A stretch of DNA of 64,000 bases from positions 66,278,001 through 66,342,000 of the forward strand of contig OX597814.1 of assembly GCA_951406725.2 (NCBI GenBank). The letters are read 5' to 3'. Origin of the DNA: Octopus vulgaris. Its lineage: Eukaryota. The notes under the pieces are model-generated. The model saw only the letters and a list, made by a program, of their open reading frames with translations, did not search any database and was not told where the DNA came from. Both the position numbers and the translations under genes were made by a program. Shown one piece after another: positions 26,585-38,107 of the stretch; position 1 is the stretch's first letter, and each line of letters starts with the position of its first letter.

Positions 26585-27119
26585 TATTTCTTTATTATGA
26601 TTATACAATCGTTACATAGAAGGACAAATACAGGACATACATGCAAAAAACAGTTAGGAGGTTCGATTAAAAATTTTCCATAACATTTGGATTATTCATT
26701 ATAAAAATTCGTCTGTAAATTGTCCTTTACATGACCAATAGAATATTATAACATTACATAAACGTTCGATCTTACCGAAGTTTTAAACCCCGGCAATTTA
26801 TAAGGCCCCGCAGCTTTTGTTTCCTCTCCTCCCTCCATAGTTAAGCTGGGTTTCTGACACCCACCTTTTTTTCCACTTCCTTCCATATTTTCTCATACAC
26901 ACCCCGTGGTAAGATCCTCTTTTCCAGCCCCATTTTGCTCTTCAGATGATATCTGAAGTAAGTGAGCAAGCCGGGGCCCGAGACAAAGGATCCTATCGCG
27001 ACTCCTTCCATTCTTGTTCGCCACATGCATTCTTTTACTACTGCAACCGTGCAGTGAAAACATGCCTCACCTTCCTTCGAGAGTCCAGTTGGCGGTATCA
27101 TCTTAATCGTAGACTCAGC
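26585..27119 (-). mobile_element. 5'-truncated Tx1 LINE 3' fragment with 17-bp TSD, inside a degenerate SINE A
   Basis: TSD aagcaaggtgaactcca at 26568-26584 and 27120-27136; peptide …VAVVKECMWRTR…SGPGLLTYFRYHLKSKMGLE homologous to the ORF2 C-termini; ends aataaagaaata. Confidence 0.9.
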
Positions 27120-27702
27120 AAGCAAGGTGAACTCCAAGAATTGAACTCAATGTGCTGAGATATATATATATACTGCGCAGTATACTAACCGACGCCCTTT
27201 ACAACTCTACCAGTTCGTCGCCAAGTTGGCATTGCAAAACGAACTTCAACCGGCACCATTGTTTTTTACCCTGGCCACGGCATCACTCGTCAATGGGATT
27301 TGATAGACGGAAACTATCATTCATTCATACATACAATTTACGATAAACACTCTATCATTTGTTCCAAACAGCGACAATGGTGAAACGTACGTAGGAAAGA
27401 ATAATATAAACCTGTTCTACATTTGCTCTGCATAACTAGTAATACTACTAAGTAGGTTGGTTGCTCAACTACTAGGATCAGATTGAATGATGATAATCTA
27501 CGTAGTGCTCTAAACTTAACAGTATCAGTCGTATATCTTTTTGTACACACAAGATACAGTATATATAACGGTTATGTATATTTCAACGAGGAGACTGAAA
27601 AACCAATACTTTAGAAAACAATATCCCGAGCAGTTTTTTTTTTTTTTCCGTCGAGTTACAGTTTCTGGTCCCTTGCACTTTTAGAAATATAGTGAGCCGG
27701 TG

Positions 27703-27753
27703 ATTGGTCCGCTGGAAGCCTACAACCATTCATGCTTTTAGCCCAGTATAAAA
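27703..27753 (+). promoter_or_regulatory. Candidate Pol II core promoter (inverted CCAAT + TATAAAA) for the SOHLH-like gene
   Basis: ATTGG at 27703-27707 and TATAAAA at 27747-27753; ATG at 27789 with a weak phase-0 donor after 27815; motif evidence only. Confidence 0.3.
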
Positions 27754-28539
27754 TTAGCTGTCGTCTGTAATTCTACCAGCTAAACCCTATGAATAGACGT
27801 GCGACTAATCTCAAAGTCCGTTTGAGTAAACTTGAAACTGTCGTTTAAATTTGTTGTCGAGGAACGTTGACAGTTTTCTTCATGAAGCTTTAAGTCTGAA
27901 ATTTAACACCACCTTATTACCAGTGCAACCTACGGAGCTTATTCCTAGATACTACTGTATTCATCTATATTTAGATGTATTGGATCATTTTATAATTAAG
28001 TTGTTGGCCGCACAGCTGGTGTATAGATGAATCTTCGACTTTCCTCTCGATTGTCTGATGTGTTAACTCATTTACAATCTGAAAGTCTGTTATATGCTTC
28101 TAAAACGCAAAGATTGGAGAGACCGATGTTCATCACCGGTTTTGAGAGCGCCATTCAAATATTGCAACAAATAAAGTTCTCAGTGTCGTTCCAACAGCAC
28201 CAGATTGTATTGTAACATTGTCAAGAAAATTTAATTCTCTATGGTCACAGTACAGCTTGCTCAAAATGTTTCATGAGCTTTACTGCTGAATTCACGAGTC
28301 ATCCTTCAAAGTATTATCAGGCGAACAACCTTTAAAATATCGATTGTAAACTCGGCCGAATCACTTATACAATTGGGTAGGCTGAAAAATGCAACACCGT
28401 ATCAATGCTGTGACCCTGTCTAGATATCCCACCGCTGTTATATTTGTTAAGTGATTCTTAACGTATTGAATGTAGTGAATCAAAAAATGGCAATAAAAAT
28501 ATACCTGTAGTGAACCTCAATTATTAATAGCACTCCGAT

Positions 28540-28827
28540 GATTGCGACGACTAGTGTTCTTGTTGATCTGATCAACGAAACAGCGTCCTCGTGAAATTAA
28601 CATGCGTGTGGCTGAGCACTCCACAGACACACATACTCTTAATGTAGTTCTCGGGGATATTCAGCGTGTCACAGTATGTGATAAGGCTGGCCCTTTGAAA
28701 TACCTGTACTACTCATTTTCACCAAATGAGCGAACTAGAGCAACGGGAATAAGGCGCCACCGGGAACTGAACTCGCGTCCTTATGATCGTGAAGCGAATA
28801 TCCTAATCACTAAGCCTCACGCCTTCA
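28540..28827 (-). mobile_element. tRNA-derived SINE (family C)
   Basis: Minus strand begins gaaggcgtgaggcttagtgattagg (A-box-like)…gagttcagttccc (B-box-like), then a ~230-bp body. Confidence 0.65.
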
Positions 28828-30038
28828 ACTTCATTATTAATTTTAATGATAAAAGACTAGAAAACAACACCGAAGTGTATATGAATTGAAAAGGAATGTT
28901 TTCTATATCATTGTTGAAACATCATTGAGGACTTTCCAAATTCTTGCATCATTCCATATCGGTATATTGGTGAGAGAATTTCAGCTCAGTAGTGCATAAA
29001 GAAGAAATGTGTGCAATCAATGATATACAGATTACAGCTGTATATTTTTACTTATCAACAACTAGGTGGATGGAGCCATTGAGAATTAATGAATACTACT
29101 CGGCACCAAGGAGGATATTTTTTAACTCCAGATTATCTCTAACCAAGGAGATTTATAATCATAGGCATGCTAGCCATCTCTGTTAAAACAATTAATGTCC
29201 CTCTCAAAATAAAATATAAACGGTAGAGTGCTATTTCAGAAAGTTATGGATCTATTTCTAGCAAATCAAACAACTGCGTTGAGAGTGTAATTCTATTTGC
29301 GTTCCAGCTCTTCATACTCTTCAAACTATAAAAAGATGATACTATAAGTCTGACGTGACGTGTAACAAAGGTAGGAACCACTATGTAATCACTCAGCTTA
29401 CGAAAGATAGCAATCATCACTCATTGAAACCATATCCAATACCCTTAAAAACACAGTGTTTATAAGACCATGTGGTCATAAATATACGAAAAGACGAAAC
29501 AGTCACAATTGGAACGTCAATGATCATAGGCGTGTCCAGTGAGGGTTAGCCTAGGGTTAAATAGTTACAAACTATAAGATGTTGACTTTAGTCGTCAGCT
29601 AACAATCAACTTTTATCATGTTTAATACTGGCAAAAAATAATATCAAGGGAGAAAACTTAGAATTATAAATTATAATTATCTCCCTTAAACGCTAAACTT
29701 TTCCGTACCCAAAATATCTGCATTTTATTTTTCTCAGTCTATTTTTAATTAGTTATAATATACATTTTTTAATCGTTTACTTGTTTCAGTCATTAGACTG
29801 CAGCCATGCTGAAGTACCACCTTGAAGAACGATTTGATCGCGTAATTTTTTGTACGTCTGGTATTTATTTTATCGGTGACTTTTTAATCACTAGTTTACG
29901 AACACTCAGATTAATTATTTCCTTATTTTTCTTGGTTTTAATTAATTCTTGATATTCGAATAGTTATAACGGTAATGAATTCTATTGGAAAACTTAATAT
30001 ATATGTCTTCTGGCTACGAAAATATCGTCTATCCTTTA

Positions 30039-30270
30039 TTTCTTTATTGCCTACAGGGGGCTAAACACAGACGGGGACAAACAAGGACAGACAAACGGAT
30101 TAAGTCGATTATATCAACCCCAGTGCATAACTGGTACTTATTTAATCGACCCCGAAAGGATGAAAGGCAAAGTCGACCTCGGCGGAATTCGAACTCAGAA
30201 CGTAACGGCAGACGAAATACCGCTAAACATTTCGCCCGGCGTGCTAACGATACTGCCAGCTCACCGCCCT
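30039..30270 (-). mobile_element. Full-length SINE family A with Tx1-type tail and 12-bp TSD
   Basis: TSD gtctatccttta at 30027-30038 and 30271-30282; ends …tttagccccctgtaggcaataaagaaat. Confidence 0.92.
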
Positions 30271-30539
30271 GTCTATCCTTTAATATAAATGTTCGATGGA
30301 ATGAGGGATGTAGTAGTAGTAACAACGAAGGAAAGCAGTATCAGACACCAGCTGGAAAGTTGTTGGTTGGTATTTTGTAGCAGCATAGGTTGTATAAATA
30401 AGACAGTTATCTTCCAACAACCTTCAATGGCGGTGGCGCTTGGTTCTGGTGAGGATTCTGTCGATTCGCAAAGTGGAAAAAGTTATTTGCTATATACTAC
30501 CGTCCTTCCCAAGAGAATGCAATATTTACTATTGTGACC

Positions 30540-30950
30540 GGATTCCAACCCGGGATGCAGCAACAAAGTCCAGCCGCCATATTTCTTTGCCCTACCTCAC
30601 TGCCTCGAGGTCTTGGATACATTCCAGGCTAGTGTCTGCAATCAAATTGTTGATGTGTGACGACGTTTTCCTCTTCTTACATCCCCATGAAGTGGATTCT
30701 ACAAGACTAATTTGGATGCTCCCAATTCAGGGCAGTGCGCACAACGACCAGTTAATCGCAGCCGTTTTTGCCTGATCTTCTTGCTAACTTTCGGCCAGTT
30801 TCCACAAAAGCATTCGTTTGTCATAGCACGGGAAACGGGAGATATGTACAATGCAAATGTCAGCAGCATCGCAACTGGAGGGTAAATCATTTTCATCCGG
30901 TCACTGGCGTTTTCGGGTATCTACGATCAACAGACAAACTTAACTGACGA
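30540..30950 (-). mobile_element. Degenerate RTE-like LINE 3' fragment
   Basis: KVSKKIRQKRLRLTGRC…SKLVL resembles the RTE-type ORF2 C-terminus (RRLRxAGH…); by eye. Confidence 0.5.
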
Positions 30951-31243
30951 CGATTGTGCCTTCTAAAGATGCCTTGATAAGTACAGCTATGTACTGCCCC
31001 GACTATTGCAACACCTTAAGTTAAAGGCCTCCTGGGAGGCAGTGTTAACGAACGGGGACGTAACTACAGTCTCGTCTCTTAGAATATTATAACATTGGAT
31101 TTGAGATCTTGTTCTGATTACGAGATACAAGAGTTTTCGTTCATAGCTTTTCAGCTAATGCTTAACGTGCCACACACTGTTTTCGCTAAAAGAACTTAAT
31201 CAATTTAAACTAGAAGTCATTTATTATGCACTTTCTTGTTTAG

Positions 31244-31740
31244 GTCAACGATGGCAATGAAAAAAATCATACTTGTGCCGATTATTCCAGTCCTGAAACT
31301 TCAGATGATTCTTCGTCAGATTTGATTCAAACAAGCACAGAGGTATTGTGTGATTCAGGACCATTCAAAGATAAGTGTCCCAGTTGCCTTAATAATTCAA
31401 CTTCACAATCACCACTTTCAGCTCAGTCACTTTCTCCAATCTCAACACTTGCGGCTACTCAACGGAAAACCTCAGATTGCTCACCAATTTCAACTGCCTC
31501 ATCATCATCACAATCAACTCCGTTGTGCTCAGCCGGTGTCTCTTTAGTGATAGGCAGCTTGAAATGGTGTACAGAACTAACTGAAATAATAGCCCGGCTC
31601 ACTATTGGTCATCAAGTGCAAGTATGTATGGATGATGAAAGTGCGTATGAGATGTGCAACAGGCAAGCCTATAGCTTGATATGGCTTCTAGTAAACTCAC
31701 CAGTCAATCAAGAATTACTTAGTCTTACAACTTCCATTAG
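31244..31740 (+). CDS. SOHLH2: SOHLH2-like bHLH TF, exon A (Ser-rich N-terminus, start of receiver-like domain); upstream exon missing
   Basis: cttgtttag|GTC…ATTAG|gtaagt; open in phase 0, exits in phase 2; VNDGNEKN…SLVIGSLKW…TTSIR. Confidence 0.8.
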
Positions 31741-32606
31741 GTAAGTCGTTTTCAGGAAAATATTTTCCTAAATTTTGTCTAGTTTGCTTTATTTGTGTAA
31801 TATAGATTTTATGTAATGCTGCTGAGTGGTTTGGTTTAGTCGTTCATTATTGATTGGTCTGTAGAGCACGTGGCGGTGTCTTTCATCAAAACATTGTAAA
31901 AGCACTCCTCTCGTTTGTAAAGTAGAAGCTTGTAAGGAAGAACATATAATTCACTTCATGCAACTTAGTGTCTTGAGGATGTAGCACTTGCTTCTCAAAC
32001 TAATACAAAAATTAACTGTAATCTTAAATATCGTGGTATATTAATCATAGACTGGCTGAATGAAAATCGCTAAGACATGGAGTTAGACTCGGTTCTTATA
32101 GGCAATTCACCAAAACCTTATGAAATGATAGCATTAGTTACGAGACTTACAGCGTTACTTTTTAATTTGGACATTTTCCTTATAATACCCCCTACTGCAT
32201 CGCTAAGATTTTTTTGTGAAGATTATCTAAACACAAAATTTCTACAGTAGCTATTCATTATCAATCAAACCACCTACATACTTAAGTTTATCCATTAATG
32301 TATCCAGTCGATTCTCTTAGTATAATTTCATCAATTTTTCAAGAAAATACTTAGGAAGCTGTTTAACTTCCAGTACAGGATTGTCTTGCAGATCTTTCTC
32401 CAAAATATCTAAAAGATTTAGTGCATTCTTTGCTACAATCATATCTCGAAAGTTTAATTATCAACTGTACATAGCGCACTGTTGCATAGGAAAAGAATAT
32501 CAGAAAGTTATAAGATAAAAGTCTGCTATTTTTGTTTGAAAACAGTTGTATTTTGTCCGTTGTTGTTAATTTCGTTTTGATGTAGAAAATCTCTCTTGTT
32601 TTTTAG

Positions 32607-32668
32607 ATATGTCAGTAAATATAACAAAAATGCTATCGTTATCGGAGTCTCTCCCACTGAAATTGATG
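32607..32668 (+). CDS. SOHLH2: SOHLH2-like exon B
   Basis: ttttag|A…GATG|gtaagt; YVSKYNKNAIVIGVSPTEID; phases 2 to 1 fit. Confidence 0.82.
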
Positions 32669-33350
32669 GTAAGTTTTTCTAAAGTTTATTATATTTATTA
32701 TTGAATTACATGAGCCGTCATCTCTGTACCAGTTCCTTGATAAAGACGCTTCAAGTATTCATCCCTCATGCTTCTCAAATAGCCCAATCCATCTTGTTTT
32801 AAACATGCGCCACCAATCGAACACTGTACAAATGAGTTCCGGTATTGGTATAATAGGTTAAGGAAATCTGATTGCTTAGAATAATTGATACTAGCACAAG
32901 TAAGGTACTTATTTTCATTGACCTCATAAGACAAGCAACGACAATCCTCGGCATGATCTGAACGCGGTATATATGTAATATTTGCCGAAAAGCTACTACA
33001 AATGCTATAGTTTCCTTATCTTTCTATAGGCTCTTGTGTTAATTCATCTTCTCTCATTAATAAAATTTGCGTTAAATGACCTGAAAAGTAAAATTACTCT
33101 CAGTCACTTGAAGTGATGAAAACTGGAATAAATCCCAACACTCTTTGTCTTCAAAATCATGGATTATATGATTGATTCTGCAAATTAATTGATAAATGTC
33201 ACTGATACAAACGTCCTTCTGATTTCATTTTTCGTGTAATATAATATTGCATGATTCTGCCGAGGTTGACTTTGCCTTTCATCCTTTCGGGGTCGATAAA
33301 TTAAGTACCAGTTACGCACTGGGTCGATATAATCAACTTAATCCGTTTGT

Positions 33351-36300
33351 GAAACCACCCCTCCCAGAGTGAACTTAAAAAAGAAAAGAGAGTCGATGAA
33401 CTCGTATATGGCCGTTAAGGCATCAAATAACAGACTTGGAAACGTACTGGCAGCTATGGCCAAAGTGGAGAGAATAGGGAAAAAGAACGACTATGTAGTT
33501 TACAGGATAGGCCGGAAGGATTACGGACGGATAAAATCCGAATTCTTCCATGACGTAGGCCCACTTAGAATGGATGTGACATCTCCACATATATTCGAGG
33601 GCCTACGTCAGACTCCCCACGAGGCCCTGAAAAAGAGTTAAACAAAGAAGAGAAAGAGAAAACCGAACCACTGATATAAAGGTAAGTAATGGATTACATT
33701 TATGTTGGTTGTTTGAATGTGCGCGGCCTGGGAGCAGGCTGGAAGCAAGGTCGCTTCCTGCATGATATCAGGTCGCGTAATTTAGATGTTATTGTTGCTA
33801 CAGAAACCCGGTTAGAGGGGCCAAGAGGTCTACTCCCGCTGTTTGACGGCTACGAGAGTTTTTTCTCTCCTGGCAGTCCTACTGGCGGAAGTGGGGTGTT
33901 GTTCCTAATAAAAAGAAACCGGGTTTCTGAGAAAAAGTTAATTTTTGCAGATCCAGAAGGTAGGCTGGTCGTCATGGATTTGACGTTCAGTAACGGTAAA
34001 GTTATCAGACTGGTTGCAATTTACGTACCCACCCATACAGGGCAAAGTGATTATTTTCGTGAACTAGAAAACTTTCTTAGTACTTCGCATTCATTAGTTG
34101 TGCTAGGAGACTTTAACACAATTTGCAAAGCGGATGTAGATTGTGTTGGCTCGCGTTCAGATAGAAAAGGTAACAGTGGCTTCATGGAACTACTAAGCCG
34201 CTTTGAGCTAGCAGATCCTTATAGGCTGGAATTTCCGAACGCTCCATTGTGGACATGGTCAAACAGCGACGGATCTTCCAGGTCATATTTAGATAGAATA
34301 CTAATTAGAAAAGTAGACAGAAAAATAGCTAAGTGTCCACAGTTTTACCCGATCAGCTACAGTGATCATAAAATGGTCACCTGTAAGCTTGACATAGATA
34401 AGGTTAAAAATAGAGGATCCGGTTACTGGAAACTTAATACGTCCCTTTTGGCGATTAAGGAGTACAAAGACCGGATTAGGACTATAATTCAGAGGGCACT
34501 ATCTGGTACCATCATTAATAATAAATGGTGGTACGCCCTCAAACGAGCCATCAAGTTCGAGTCAATTAGATATAGCATAGGAGTAGTGGCTAGAGAGGCT
34601 AGGAGGGAAACTACTCTAGTTAAGGAATTAGAGGAAGCCTTGAAAACTGGCTCTGCGGCTCAGGTGGCGTCCAAGAGACTGGTGTTAAACCAGCACCTCG
34701 AGGCCAAACACATGGGCTGCATTGTCAGGGCTAGGATCCGCGCAATAGGATGTGAAGGAATCAACGCCGTGAGATGGGCCCGAGTGGTGGAAGCCAAGCG
34801 TGGTAACGATGCCACGATTCGATCTTTGACGAACCAACAAGGTTAGTTGATAAACGAACCCGAGGAGATGTGTGAGGCCTTTCAGGAGCACTTCGCTCAG
34901 CTTTTCGGTGAGTGCGGCGGACTGGACAGGAGGAGGGCCTATACGGACCTACTCGATGGGCTGCCGCGCTTATCGGGGCGAGATGCGGAGGGCTGTGAAG
35001 GGCCAATCACGCCTGAGGAGGTGGTTGAGGCAATGGCGGACTGCGGCGCGGGCAAGGCGCCGGGTTTGGATGGTCTACCCTATGAGTTATATAAGAGTAT
35101 GCCAGACTTGTTCGGGCACCTACTGGCGGAGGTCTATACGAACTGGCAGCAGAACGGGCTCATACCCAGATCTGTGCGCCGGGGAGTAGTGACACTCGTC
35201 AGAAAGGACCCGAGCAAGGGGAGTGCATTGATAATTTCAGGCCCATCACTCTGCTAAACACAGAGTTGAAGATTTTGGCCAAAGTGTTATCGAAAAGATT
35301 GGCGCGTGTCGCGGATGGTCTGATCGGGGAGGCACAGACATGTGCCGTTCCGGGCAGAACCATTCAGGATAATCTCCATCTAATGCGGTACACTATAGAG
35401 GGGTTTAATAACGATTCTGGCAAGGGTGGGGCTCTGGTCCATTTAGACCAATCTAAAGCATTTGATAGGGTCGACCATCGTTACCTGGTATCTGCTCTGG
35501 CACAGTTCGGGCTGAGCCTTGGCTTCCTCAGGTGGATTATCCAAATTTATGATAACATCGACTCGGTAGTTCGGGTGAACGGCTTCTTGTCGAAGCCGTT
35601 CAAAATCAGACCTCCAAATAGAGAAGAATTGGGGCGAGGTAACGAGCAAGGTGGCTGCAGTAGCCAAGACCTGGTCTTGGCGTTGGCTATCCCTGAAAGG
35701 GAGGGCGGAGGTGGCCAATGTGTTTATCACATCGGTTATCACCTACCGCCTTTCCGTCGTTCCTTGCCCTGATTCGTGGTTGATCAAGTTGGAAAGACAG
35801 CTCTTCTACTTCTTGTGGAAGGGCGGGAAACCACTTGTGAAACGCTCTACTTGCTGTCAACAACCGTTAAAGGGTGGGCTAGGGATGCCTTGGCTGATGA
35901 TGCGCAGACATGCGCTGAGGTTAAGACATCTGTGGCTCTATCTGGATGGTGAACGGGTGTGGTCTCCGCTAGCAAAACTGATGTTTCCCAAGTTCACTAG
36001 TTTCGGTGGATGGGAAACCTGGCTGAATCGTAGATCGAAACTTGGTACTTGGTACACGGAGTGTCGCAAGGCTCTCCTGCTAGTCCGTCGCTCGGGTAAC
36101 GCCTGCGGTGGGGGTTCCACCACATTCTTCTATAGAGGGTTGGTAGAGGCGGAATGTGAAGATACCTTGGGGGAAACCCTAGGTCTCGACGATAATCAGC
36201 TGGCCAGTCTGTTCCGACGTACGTTCAAGCCGAAGACACTGGACAACTTCCAGAAGTCTCTGGCATGGCAATGCTACAGAGGAGCTCTACCTGTTCGGGA

Positions 36301-36984
36301 TAAACTCGCAAGGCACGGTGGCCGAGACAATCCGATATGTCCAAGATGCGGGCGGGACAGGGAAACCGTCCCGCACGCTATTGTTCATTGTCCGGACGTG
36401 TCTGAGGTGTGGGTTTATGCCGAACAGCTGTTGTCAAGTACACGAAGAGTACAGCTGTCGACTGAGTCGATTACAAAAATTGACCCACCGGATTTCCTCG
36501 CGAATGAAGGTAAGTTTCGTTTTCTCGTTGTAGTAGCAATTGCGAAAGAGGTGATATGGAAGACGAGAATGAAAGGTCTACAGTCAGGCAAGTTCATCTC
36601 CGGCCCTGGTTTGATGAATTATTTCATCTTTCACCTGAAAAGGAAGATAGGGCTGGAGAGAATATGCCTGACTAAGAGAGTGTATGAAGAACGATGGAAA
36701 GATGTAGCACGAAAGTTGCGAGTGAATGATACAACATAAATGTAAAACCAAACGAAACCAAAAGTATCAGTGGGGAGGCGGGGCTCGTGGGGTCAGAGCT
36801 AAACCCGCACCCACTCCACCCGTAATGTCTTCCGGTCTGTTCCAACATTCGATTTCTTGCTATTTTTGTAAATTTCTGTAAATTTTTAAAATTCGCTTTT
36901 TTGTAAAACCCATTCGTGTGTCTGACCCCATCATCAGATTGTATTGTCCCATCTATGTTCGCCCCTAGTGGGTAATAAAGAAAT
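33351..36984 (+). mobile_element. 5'-truncated Tx1 LINE (ORF1 tail + ORF2) with 16-bp TSD
   Basis: TSD aacttaatccgtttgt at 33335-33350 and 36985-37000; ends gcccctagtgggtaataaagaaat. Confidence 0.95.
33689..36739 (+). pseudogene. Tx1 ORF2 pseudogene (stop, frameshift, ~345-bp deletion removing QGCPLSP-FADD)
   Basis: Colinear with 11467-14866; stop at 34844-34846; shift at ~35230; deletion junction KPFKIR|… at ~35610. Confidence 0.92.
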
Positions 36985-37512
36985 AACTTAATCCGTTTGT
37001 CTGTCCTTGTTTGTCCCCTCTGTGTTTAGCCCTTTGTGGGTAGTAAAGAAATAAATATAATATTGCATAACTTCAGATTTGTTATTCAGACACTTAAAAA
37101 GTTCCACCAAAACTGATGTTCATCGCAGCTTTTTCAATTGTTTGTCTGTGAGAGTCAAAAGGATGATTCAACAATAAAGTTTGACCCACTTGTTTTGCTC
37201 AGTTCTTTGAATTAATCCGAAACTTTATCGGGTGAATAAAAGTCAGGTACCTCCACCAGAACTTTTGACTTTATTGTTTGAATTCTTGGCCATCTCTATC
37301 AGATGTAATTGAAAGATAATATATAAGGTGTGACTGTGCAAAGAAAAGTATTTCATGTAAATCCCTTTGTTTGATACATAAGCAAATCAAAAGAAAACAA
37401 TTTCCGTAAAAAATAGGAACTGAGGAAATTATGTTCGTTTATTTTATTAATATTTGTTAATTTGAAGCTATGGCCTAATTAATCGAAACTTCATTATTTC
37501 ATTTTTTTTCAG

Positions 37513-37617
37513 TTGATCTTAAACTCCATGGTATTGATGAAACCGTTGTTCAGCCGGTCACTAAGTCCATTGTCAAAAATAAATACAGCAAATTGACATC
37601 TGTTCAACTGAATCCAG
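37513..37617 (+). CDS. SOHLH2: SOHLH2-like exon C (end of receiver-like domain)
   Basis: ttttttcag|TT…CCAG|gttagt; VDLKLHGIDETVVQPVTKSIVKNKYSKLTSVQLNP; phases 1 to 1. Confidence 0.82.
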
Positions 37618-38055
37618 GTTAGTTGTGTGTGTCTTTATAGGAATTAATCTGGGCTTGGATTTTCACTCATTTAAATATAATACAAGTGATTTATTTCTGA
37701 TATGCGCAGTCACACTTTGTTGCGAGAAAATACTCAAGTATATCAAAACCAGTACTTATTTATTTCATCGAATCTCGAAGAATAAATCGGAATTTGAACT
37801 CGGAACGTAATAGGAAGCAACTATAATTCGCAAGACATTTTGTCCATCCCTAGAATGATTCTATGGTTCATTGCCTTCAAATATTATATAAATGACGAAT
37901 GTTTAATTGAACTGAACTTCTATTCAAGTCAATGAAACAATCGTTATTGTTTGAAGAAAGAAAGTATACATAAGTATTTCTTTTATTTTTATTTCATGTA
38001 TTTGTTGATATATTCAAGTTGTAACATACTTTAAAAAATGTATATTTCCTTAAAG

Positions 38056-38107
38056 CGGAACAAGTGACTGAAGAGACTTGCTCAGAGAATTCTACCAATC
38101 TATCAGA
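38056..38107 (+). CDS. SOHLH2: SOHLH2-like exon D
   Basis: tttccttaaag|CG…GA|gtaagt; AEQVTEETCSENSTNLS; bridges phase 1 to phase 2. Confidence 0.72.

Larger units (their letters stand above)
33253..37053 (+). mobile_element. 5'-truncated SINE A with its own 15-bp TSD, split by a Tx1 LINE
   Basis: TSD aatataatattgcat at 33238-33252 and 37054-37068; SINE halves 33253-33350 and 36985-37053. Confidence 0.88.

Noticed and set aside
30844-30881. ATG-containing candidate first exon for the SOHLH-like gene
   Set aside because: Donor gives phase 1 or 2, not the required phase 0, and it lies in an antisense LINE remnant
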